A stretch of 64,000 nt of DNA from an uncultured bacterium. Its GTDB lineage: Bacteria > Patescibacteriota > JAHJAL01. The stretch covers positions 2,457 through 66,456 of the forward strand of contig CALKWM010000013.1 in the NCBI GenBank assembly GCA_938004065.1. The letters are read 5' to 3'. Every line of letters begins with the position of its first letter. The first letter of the stretch is position 1. The position numbers were made by a program, and so were the translations under genes. Below are positions 57,383 through 64,000 of the stretch, one piece after another. The notes beneath the pieces are model-generated. The model worked only from the letters and a program-made list of their open reading frames with translations. It was not told where the DNA came from and did not search any database.

Positions 57383-59821
57383 TTATGTAAATATCACGAG
57401 GTCGCTTAGGTAGTCGTCTTTTTTTGTATTAGCATTGAATTCTTTCATTTTGTCAGTCATCGATTTTTTAGAGTCTTTCATGGTTTCGAGAAGTTTGGAA
57501 TCTTTACCAAAGAATTTTTCTTTGGTTTCGTTAGATGATTTGAGAATAAAATATTCCATTTGAGCATTAAGATCGTCTGCTCTTTTACCTTTAGAAATGG
57601 AGGATTTTAGTGTAGAAAAATCACCTTGAGTTTCAATATCGGCCTTTTTTGTTTTTATGTTTTGATAAACAATATATTCAGGTTCGTCTTTAGGTGTTGA
57701 TGATATTTTGCTATCAACATTTGACATATTAATATTTAACTTGGGATTTGATGCTGAATTATCGATTATTTCTTTGATTACTTTTTGTTTTGCATTATTT
57801 GCTTTTTCAAATGTATTTTGCATTTGAAGCTTGTTTAAACTGGGAAGAAAAGTACCTGATTCATCAGTTTCTAAAGCTTCGACTTTTTTGATATAGCTAT
57901 CATCAAATCCAAGGTTTCTAAGTTTACTAACCATACTGCTTTTGTTGCCGTTTTTGAGGTTTTCGCTCAGATTTTGTAAATCTAAAGATCCAACTTTATT
58001 GTTATGTACACCAATTAGATTGGAGGCATTGTTTTTGGCTTGTTTTGTAAAGTCGTCTTTAAAATGCGTTTTAAGTTCCGTCAAGTTTCTTGGGACGCCG
58101 GTAGCTTCTTTTTTATAATGTAGTTTTAGATCGTTTTGAATGTTTTGTTCAACTTTACTGGAGTCTATACCTGACTTGAGAGTTAAACCTCTTCCGGTAC
58201 CTGTTAATTCATCGTTGATACTTTCGGGAGTATAGTATCTAGACAATATATGAGAGTTAACATCTGGGTCAGAACTATCAAATTCTTTTGGTTTGGGGCC
58301 GGCCAGAAAGTCTTTGTTGTATAATAGCCAGTTATTTTCGAGAAATTTGGTGGCATCAGCATGACCGGGATGAAATTGGTTTTGGGCTCTTTGAGCTAAT
58401 TCTTTGTTCATACCGGCTAGCTCATTGAACGCATCTCCATCTCTCAATGTTTTGTCGCGGTATTTTTCAAAGTCAGGATGCTTTTGTATGTTTTTTATCA
58501 GATCGCTTGATTTTGTACCTTTGAATGGTTCGTCTGAATCTTTTGTCAACGATCTAAGAATTGAGTCTCTCAATTTGATATCTTCTTTGGTGGTTGGGTT
58601 TTGATTGAGAGTAGTTTGTAGTTGTCTGCTTTTTAGTGATGTTTCCGCTCTTTTGGAAGTTAACATTTTGTCATAAGATCTTTGACCGAGGATTTGGCCA
58701 AGTGCATTGAAATCTTTGTTCCAGCCCAATTTTTTGAAAGGTTGTATTGGGGCATGTGCAAGAGAAGATGCTCTCTCTTTCAACTGTAAAGCATTGGGGA
58801 TGTGTTTGGTGAGAGCTCCTTGCCAAAATTTCATGATCTGGCTACCGAGTCCGCCGAGCTGGAAGGGGACGATGAGAGCAGCGAGCATGATAGCGATACC
58901 GGCCAGATAGAACAGCCATTGTCGAGCAAATGTTTCCAGTCCGGAAACTATATCAGGTGCACCGGTGGTTGATTCTTCACTGGTTTGGAAAAAAGTAACC
59001 AAACGTAACAGGAAAAAAATAATGGGGGACATAAAAGCCCATTGGATAAAACCATCCATCCATTTTTGACCATAGGTGCGGGTTGGTGGAAAGAAAAATG
59101 CCAGTACTCCCAAAGGGGCGATGACGACCAGGATGTAGAGGATGATGATACGGGCTAAACTGACGATTGCCAGAGCGAGCATGACAACGGTGGGGACAAA
59201 AAGTATTAATAATGCAACGATTAAGCCCAAAATTGTGCCGGCTCCAATACCACCCATCATACTACCGATAGCCATAGCGCTCAGGAGATTTGTTACTACC
59301 GCTGTTATGGCTTTTGCTTCTGTGGTATCAATATTGGCCAAATCAACTCCGGTAATAAAAGACATCAGTTGCATGCCCAGTCCTTCACCGCTTGCGGTTG
59401 GACCGGATATCAATTCAAAAACGATAATGTCGGTAAAATCAAGAACCGCTTTACAGATGTAGAGACTGAAGTTAGCCAGCAATAATCCGGCTACCAGTGA
59501 AGGAAGGGTTTTTTTGATTTCGTATGTTTCCAGATTGAGCCGCAAGGCATTGGCGAGGGCCAGAGCCAGTAAAAAGAAAACGGCGGCGATATTGACATAG
59601 TAGATGGAACTTTCCCAACCGGAACTGATCATTTCCGAGAGCCGGACTTGGGAAGCTCCTTGCAAAAGGTAAACCGCAAGATTAGTTAAAAAGAGGACTA
59701 CACTAAGTACAACTTTGAGGGTGTCCATGAATGTCTGTGAAAGACTTTCAAGTATCGCAGTTTTAATACCGGCAACGGGCAAGATGAAAGTAATGATGGA
59801 TTGTGAAAAAATGTCTGGCAT
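57383..59821 (-). CDS. VirB6/TrbL/ConG-like polytopic membrane protein with a large hydrophilic C-terminal extension.
   Basis: Six or more TM helices in the first ~330 aa, then a ~480-aa K/D/E-rich soluble region. The gene ends 8 nt before the VirB3-like gene. Confidence 0.55.
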   Translation of the reverse strand: MPDIFSQSIITFILPVAGIKTAILESLSQTFMDTLKVVLSVVLFLTNLAVYLLQGASQVRLSEMISSGWESSIYYVNIAAVFFLLALALANALRLNLETYEIKKTLPSLVAGLLLANFSLYICKAVLDFTDIIVFELISGPTASGEGLGMQLMSFITGVDLANIDTTEAKAITAVVTNLLSAMAIGSMMGGIGAGTILGLIVALLILFVPTVVMLALAIVSLARIIILYILVVIAPLGVLAFFFPPTRTYGQKWMDGFIQWAFMSPIIFFLLRLVTFFQTSEESTTGAPDIVSGLETFARQWLFYLAGIAIMLAALIVPFQLGGLGSQIMKFWQGALTKHIPNALQLKERASSLAHAPIQPFKKLGWNKDFNALGQILGQRSYDKMLTSKRAETSLKSRQLQTTLNQNPTTKEDIKLRDSILRSLTKDSDEPFKGTKSSDLIKNIQKHPDFEKYRDKTLRDGDAFNELAGMNKELAQRAQNQFHPGHADATKFLENNWLLYNKDFLAGPKPKEFDSSDPDVNSHILSRYYTPESINDELTGTGRGLTLKSGIDSSKVEQNIQNDLKLHYKKEATGVPRNLTELKTHFKDDFTKQAKNNASNLIGVHNNKVGSLDLQNLSENLKNGNKSSMVSKLRNLGFDDSYIKKVEALETDESGTFLPSLNKLQMQNTFEKANNAKQKVIKEIIDNSASNPKLNINMSNVDSKISSTPKDEPEYIVYQNIKTKKADIETQGDFSTLKSSISKGKRADDLNAQMEYFILKSSNETKEKFFGKDSKLLETMKDSKKSMTDKMKEFNANTKKDDYLSDLVIFT

Positions 59822-60021
59822 GTTTGTTTATTTTTTTATCGTATTATTGTATCAAATTTGTTCCTGTTTTGTCAAGGTTTTTTCTGAGTAAAATTTGGGG
59901 GGAGGAGTAATGTTACCAAAATTTATCGGTGCTAGTAAATGGTTTTTTTTAGAACGTTTTTATGACATGAAAAAACTACCAGAAATAAGTGGTAGTTTTT
60001 TGTTGAAAGTTGATTATCAGA

Positions 60022-60366
60022 CTATGCTTTGCCCGTTTGCAAGAAAGTGATGGTGAATTCAATGATCATATATGCAAGCATAATTACGATTAATCCAATA
60101 ACAGACCAGGTGATGGTGGAAACCGCTTGTTTGGAATTTTCCGGATTGCCCATGGAAGTGATGTATTGATACCCGCCATAGACGATATAGGCGATGGCGA
60201 TCAGTCCGGCCAGACCGGTCAGGGTAATGGCAAACAGATTGATAATTCCCCAAACATCGGTGATGTTGGCGTGGTTTTTGAAGGGATTGAGGCTGTCAAA
60301 ATAACTTTCCGAAGAGAGTTGGTATTCTGCCATCAGATAGATAAAACGGCCGGTGATTGGATTCAT
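60022..60366 (-). CDS. VirB2/TrbC-like pilin paralog 1.
   Basis: 114 aa with two hydrophobic helices flanking the YGGYQYITSMGNPENSKQAVSTITWSVIGLIVI core shared by all seven paralogs. Confidence 0.6.
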   Translation of the reverse strand: MNPITGRFIYLMAEYQLSSESYFDSLNPFKNHANITDVWGIINLFAITLTGLAGLIAIAYIVYGGYQYITSMGNPENSKQAVSTITWSVIGLIVIMLAYMIIEFTITFLQTGKA

Positions 60367-60390
60367 TTACTTTTTTAGATAAAAAGAAAA

Positions 60391-60756
60391 TTATTTTATG
60401 GTTGGATCAACACCGAGGATGTTTTTCTGGACGGTGTAAACGATAGCGAAGGCGGCAAAGATGATGATCAAACCGATAACAGCGTTTAGCAAAGTGGAAG
60501 TGGCTTTTTTGGTTTGTTCCTCATTGCCTTGGGCGGTGATGTAGCTGAAACCACCGATGATCAAAAATACTACCGCGACTAGTCCGGAGATACCCAAGAC
60601 GTAGTTTAAAATCGTGATTATTAATTGTTCGACTTCTTGTTCCTGAGGAGTGTTGGTTGGTCTTTCTAGGGTTTCGGCAAAAGTGATGCCGTAGAGCATT
60701 ACGGTTGAGCCGAGAGCAGAGACTGCCGTAATCGCCTTTTTTACAGTTTTTTTCAT
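60391..60756 (-). CDS. VirB2/TrbC-like pilin paralog 2, the only paralog in the array with a classical Sec signal peptide and a strong SD.
   Basis: The start MKKTVKKAITAVSALGSTVMLYGITFA-ETL is signal-peptide-like and is preceded by AAGGAGA. Core IGGFSYITAQGNEEQTKKATSTLLNAVIGLIIIFAAFAIV. The ORF-track start at 60909 lies in the repeats and is rejected. Confidence 0.65.
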   Translation of the reverse strand: MKKTVKKAITAVSALGSTVMLYGITFAETLERPTNTPQEQEVEQLIITILNYVLGISGLVAVVFLIIGGFSYITAQGNEEQTKKATSTLLNAVIGLIIIFAAFAIVYTVQKNILGVDPTIK

Positions 60757-60766
60757 TTTTTTCTCC

Positions 60767-61095
60767 TTAAAAATAATATATTTTAATAAATAATAAGTAA
60801 TAAGCAATATGCAATAAGCAATATGCAAGAAGCAAGAAGTAATATGCAATATGCAAGAAACAAGAAGCAAGAAGCAAGAAGCAAGAAGTAAGAAAGTATC
60901 AAGGATCAATATTCAATATCCAATATCCAATAAGCAATATGCAAGAAACAATAAGCAAGAGACAAGAAGCAAGAAGCAAGAAGCAAGAAAGTATCAGGGG
61001 TCAATATCCAATATCCAATATCCAAGAAGCAATATGCAATAAGCAAGAAACAAGAAGTATGCGTCCAAGGTGCACCAGATGACTGGAGAAGCAAG
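60767..61095. repeat. Heptamer-periodic SSR spacer between pilin paralogs 2 and 3, containing a diverged copy of the 38-bp element at 61057-61094.
   Basis: Units AATAAGC, AATATGC, AAGAAGC (x3 runs), ATATCCA and AAGAAAC. The element variant is GTATGCGTCCAAGGTGCACCAGATGACTGGAGAAGCAA. Confidence 0.85.
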
Positions 61096-61120
61096 AAAGT
61101 ATTAATATTATTGCATGTTG

Positions 61121-61429
61121 TTAACTAAACAGTACATTAGTAAATAGAGTGTTTACTATAGCATATGATGCGAAAACAATCAAGAGGCCGATGATGGCAT
61201 AGGTAAGAGTCTGAACGGCTTTTTTGCTAGCTTCGTCATTGCCGGCGGAGGTGATGTATTGGTATCCGCCGTAAATTATGAAAATGATAGCGATAATACC
61301 GGCCAAATCGATAGCATAGGTGGCGATGATGAGGATTAGATCAGAAATTTCACCGCCTCCCAAAGGGTCGAGTGAGTTTTCGGGACTGGCGACAGCGAGG
61401 GAAGAGAAAAATTTGGTAATTAAGTTCAT
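61121..61429 (-). CDS. VirB2/TrbC-like pilin paralog 3.
   Basis: MNLITKFFSSLAVA leader, then ...DPLGGGEISD..., and the YGGYQYITSAGNDEASKKAVQTLTYAIIGLLIVFASYAIV core. Confidence 0.6.
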   Translation of the reverse strand: MNLITKFFSSLAVASPENSLDPLGGGEISDLILIIATYAIDLAGIIAIIFIIYGGYQYITSAGNDEASKKAVQTLTYAIIGLLIVFASYAIVNTLFTNVLFS

Positions 61430-61611
61430 AATAGATGGTAAAAAAAAGTATCAAAGATAAATAAGCAAGAAATAAGAATCAAGAAGAAAGAAGCAAGAAT
61501 CTGGTAAAAACAATAATTTTAAAAAAGAAGAATTTACAAAGAAAAATTAGTTGAATATTGCATATTGCGTATTGATTATTGCATATTGTATATTGCATAT
61601 TGCATATTTTG
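61430..61611. repeat. SSR spacer between pilin paralogs 3 and 4.
   Basis: AAATAAGCAAGAAATAAGAATCAAGAAGAAAGAAGCAAGAA, then TATTGCATATTGCGTATTGATTATTGCATATTGTATATTGCATATTGCATATT, which is the inverse orientation of the AATATGCAATA units. Confidence 0.8.
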
Positions 61612-61920
61612 TTACAGTCCGATGGCGGATTTGATGCTACGGACGATGATGATGGCGGCAAAGGCGACGATGATGCCGATGATGGCGTAGGTGAGGGTGG
61701 AAGTGGCTTGTTTGGCTTTGGTTTCGTCACCGGCGGAAGTGATATAGAGGAAACCACCATATATAACCATGATAACAGCGATAATCCCAACCAGGTCAAA
61801 AGCGTATTCAACGATACTGGTAATCAGGCCGGTAAGGTCTTTATTGCCCAAAGGGTCGGTAACTTTGTCTTCGAGTTTATCGATAGCGAGGGAAGAGAAT
61901 AGAGGTTGTAGTATATTCAT
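61612..61920 (-). CDS. VirB2/TrbC-like pilin paralog 4.
   Basis: The start MNILQPLFSSLAIDKLEDKVTDPLGNKD (ATG at 61920; the track uses an upstream TTG). Core YGGFLYITSAGDETKAKQATSTLTYAIIGIIVAFAAIIIV. Confidence 0.6.
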   Translation of the reverse strand: MNILQPLFSSLAIDKLEDKVTDPLGNKDLTGLITSIVEYAFDLVGIIAVIMVIYGGFLYITSAGDETKAKQATSTLTYAIIGIIVAFAAIIIVRSIKSAIGL

Positions 61921-62111
61921 GTTCTTATTTTGAAGATAATATTTAATAAGCAATAAGCAATATGCAAGAAAGTATCAAGGACCAATATCCAATATCCAAG
62001 AAGCAAGAAACAAGAAGCAAAAAACAAGAAAGTATCAAGGATCAATATCCAATATCAAAGAAGCAATATGCAATATGCAATATTCAATTTCTAGGTGTTT
62101 TTAATATTGTT
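61921..62111. repeat. SSR spacer between pilin paralogs 4 and 5.
   Basis: AATAAGCAATAAGCAATATGCAAGAAAGTATCAAGGACCAATATCCAATATCCAAGAAGCAAGAAACAAGAAGCAAAAAACAAGAAAGTATCAAGGATCAATATCCAATATCAAAGAAGCAATATGCAATATGCAATATTCAA. Confidence 0.85.
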
Positions 62112-62492
62112 TTATCCGCCGATGGCGGAGCGGACAGTGCGGACGATTACCAATGCACCGAGGGTGATGATGATACCAATCACAGCGTAGGTGATGATGG
62201 ATTGGCCTTGTTTGGCTTTTTGTTCATCACCAGCGGAAGTTATGTAGATAAAACCGCCATAAACGAGCATAGCGACCGCGATAATGCCGACCAGATCGAA
62301 AGCGTATTCGATAACGTTGGTGATGAGATCGGTGATGTTTTGGCCGGGGATGATGCCTTCGAGAAAATTGATACGGTTGGAAAGTTGTGATTTAACAGCT
62401 TCCGGTTCGCCACCGCCGGCAGGTGTTGATCCGGTAACCGGAGCGATGGCTTCATCGGCTAAAAATGTAAAGAATGTATAGAGGGTGTTCAT
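62112..62492 (-). CDS. VirB2/TrbC-like pilin paralog 5.
   Basis: MNTLYTFFTFLADEAIAPVTGSTPAGGGEPEAV leader region. Core YGGFIYITSAGDEQKAKQGQSIITYAVIGIIITLGALVIV. The track start at 62609 lies in the repeats and is rejected. Confidence 0.6.
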   Translation of the reverse strand: MNTLYTFFTFLADEAIAPVTGSTPAGGGEPEAVKSQLSNRINFLEGIIPGQNITDLITNVIEYAFDLVGIIAVAMLVYGGFIYITSAGDEQKAKQGQSIITYAVIGIIITLGALVIVRTVRSAIGG

Positions 62493-62771
62493 CGAAGTAA
62501 TAAGTGAAAAGTAAGAAGTAATAAGTAATATGCAATATCCAATAAGCAATATGCAAGAAGCAATAAGCAATAAGCAATAAGCAAGAAGCAAGAAAGTATC
62601 AATAACCAATATTCAATATCCAATAAGCAAGAAGCAAGAAGCAAGAAAGTATCAAGGATCAATATCCAATATCCAATAAGCAATATGCAAGAAAGTATCA
62701 AGGACCAATGTCCAGTATCCGATAAGCAATATGCAATAAAGTATCAAGGATCAACATCCAATTTTTTAAGA
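62493..62771. repeat. SSR spacer between pilin paralogs 5 and 6.
   Basis: AAGTAAT, AATATGC, AATAAGC x3, AAGAAGC, the AGTATCAAGGATCAATATCCAATATCCAATAAGCAATATGC unit, and diverged copies toward 62760. Confidence 0.85.
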
Positions 62772-63200
62772 TTATGGTCCGGTGTTGGGGTTGAGCTGGT
62801 TGAAATTTTTGGGGTCGGTGGGGATTTCGGTAAATGAAACACCGGAAAATTGGTCGAGGAAAGTGCTGACGATCAGGTATGCGCTCATGGCTACCAGAAA
62901 TCCGATGATAGCATAGGTCAAAGTGTTTTTGCCTTTTTGGACCTGGTCTTGGTTTCCGGAAGACATAACGATAGTAAATCCGCCGATCATCATATATATT
63001 ATAGCAACAAAACCGGCGATGCCGATAAGATTTTTACCCAGGTATAGCAAAAAGCCGATGGCATCGATGAAAGTAAGTTTGGAAGGTGTTTTTCCAAATT
63101 CGTAACCTAGAAATGTGAGATTCTCCGCTTCGGCGGCGTAGGCGGTAGTCAGGAGATTGAGGTGGATTGTGGATAAAAATTGATAGATTTTGGTAAACAT
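62772..63200 (-). CDS. VirB2/TrbC-like pilin paralog 6 (more diverged).
   Basis: 142 aa. Core IGGFTIVMSSGNQDQVQKGKNTLTYAIIGFLVAMSAYLIV, with an extra ~35-aa C-terminal tail. Confidence 0.55.
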   Translation of the reverse strand: MFTKIYQFLSTIHLNLLTTAYAAEAENLTFLGYEFGKTPSKLTFIDAIGFLLYLGKNLIGIAGFVAIIYMMIGGFTIVMSSGNQDQVQKGKNTLTYAIIGFLVAMSAYLIVSTFLDQFSGVSFTEIPTDPKNFNQLNPNTGP

Positions 63201-63222
63201 AAAAATTTGATTATGAAAAAAA

Positions 63223-64000
63223 TCATGTTGCCAGTCCCAGGATGCTTTGGATGGAGGCCAGGATCAGAGAGGAGAGTAGAACGAGTGCCAAACCGATGAT
63301 GGCGTAGGTAAGTCCGGTTTGGGCTTTTTTGATAGTTTCCTGGTTACCGCCGGCGGTAACCATACCGTAACCATTGATGATGATAAATATGGTGGCGATG
63401 ATACCGGCTAATCCGAGCAAGATGTTGATAATTCGATTGAAAATAGGGGCTAACATATGTAGCAGATCGGCGTTTTCGGTGGGGATGTTGAGATTGGAAA
63501 CGACAAAGTTGGGGATGTTGTAGGTGATCGGTACAGTTTCTATGTTTTCACCGGGAGGAGTTTCGCCGTTGCTACATTGTTCCTCGGTGGCGAGGGTTGT
63601 TCCGGCCGGGCAGGTCTCACCTTGGATGGATTGGCAAAATCCGGAATCCGGATCCAGACAGAGGATGGTGCCGGCAGGAGGGGTGGGATTGGCAGGGTCG
63701 GTAGGATCGGAATTGATCTTCATGGCATTGACTATTTTGATCCTGGCGGCGGAGTCGGAACCGCAAACGATGGTGTCCAAATCGGTGGGGTGATCAACGA
63801 CGGTAACCGGTAGTGTACTGCAAATATCACGCAAAGCGGGAGGGAGAAAATCAACCGCGGTTTTGAATTGGCCGTATTGGGTACCTGGATACAATTTGGT
63901 ACCATTAGCGCCGAATCCTTGATCTTTGAGCCAGGTCAGTAATTCTTGACTGGCGGTAGTGTAGGGAGGACAATCATCGGGGTTTTCCGAAGGACATTCC
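63223..64000 (-). CDS. Larger protein with a C-terminal VirB2/TrbC-like pilin domain (paralog 7); the ORF stays open to the window end, so it is 5'-partial.
   Basis: C-terminal NGYGMVTAGGNQETIKKAQTGLTYAIIGLALVLLSSLIL core. The N-terminal part is Cys/Pro/Thr-rich. The reading frame continues past 63894 (the track's TTG start) up to position 64000. Confidence 0.55.
   Translation of the reverse strand, partial: ECPSENPDDCPPYTTASQELLTWLKDQGFGANGTKLYPGTQYGQFKTAVDFLPPALRDICSTLPVTVVDHPTDLDTIVCGSDSAARIKIVNAMKINSDPTDPANPTPPAGTILCLDPDSGFCQSIQGETCPAGTTLATEEQCSNGETPPGENIETVPITYNIPNFVVSNLNIPTENADLLHMLAPIFNRIINILLGLAGIIATIFIIINGYGMVTAGGNQETIKKAQTGLTYAIIGLALVLLSSLILASIQSILGLAT

Noticed and set aside
60767-62771. 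Small ORFs inside the pilin spacers (60851-61042 +, 60906-61094 -, 61962-62390 +, 62489-62701 -, and the upstream extensions of pilin ORFs 60391-60909 and 62112-62609).
   Set aside because: They lie entirely within the simple-sequence repeats and give low-complexity translations (QETRSKKQEARSKK, ILDIEY). They are not coding.
1-64000. Alternative genetic code (UGA recoded), as in some CPR lineages.
   Set aside because: Long conserved genes (polA, pnp, valS, ftsK, the 1892-aa ORF) are intact under the standard code with ordinary stops. No in-frame TGA interruptions are needed.

Overview
This is an AT-rich bacterial chromosomal segment whose gene content and organisation suggest a small-genome, CPR/Patescibacteria-like organism; that assignment is inference from the sequence only.

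The first ~35 kb carries housekeeping genes, mostly on the minus strand: a pyk 5' fragment, recA, a RodZ-like gene, ftsK, rnj, family-4 UDG, pnp, rpsO, a DHH/NrnA-like phosphoesterase, rpsT, holA, tRNA-Thr, polA, pepA, glmS, a MurE-like ligase, a FemAB-family transferase, tsaD and valS.

From 35.7 kb to the window end lies a surface/secretion island:
- a PilB/GspE-type ATPase;
- a 1892-aa secreted giant;
- a membrane-anchored C39-like cysteine peptidase;
- two paralogous secreted proteins with duplicated ~100-nt leaders;
- a PD40 propeller protein;
- a 1214-aa multidomain peptidoglycan hydrolase (phage-tail-lysozyme-like + C39-like + GH3/NagZ-like + M23-like + C39-like);
- a VirB4-like ATPase, a 2-TM VirB3-like protein and a VirB6-like polytopic protein;
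- seven tandem VirB2/TrbC-like pilin paralogs, the last running off the window end.

No VirD4 or relaxase is present in the window.

A repeat system pervades the window. Heptamer-periodic simple-sequence repeats (AAGTAAG, CAAGAAA, ATCCAAT/ATTCAAT, CAATAAG, CAAGACA and relatives) fill many regions just 5' of minus-strand genes and every spacer between the pilin genes. They are often joined to a conserved 38-bp double-dyad element (6 copies, fixed orientation). The same heptamers sit in-frame inside tsaD.

No rRNA, CRISPR array or transposase was seen. Start codons of several ORF-track entries were trimmed, because the track extends ORFs through the repeat arrays.
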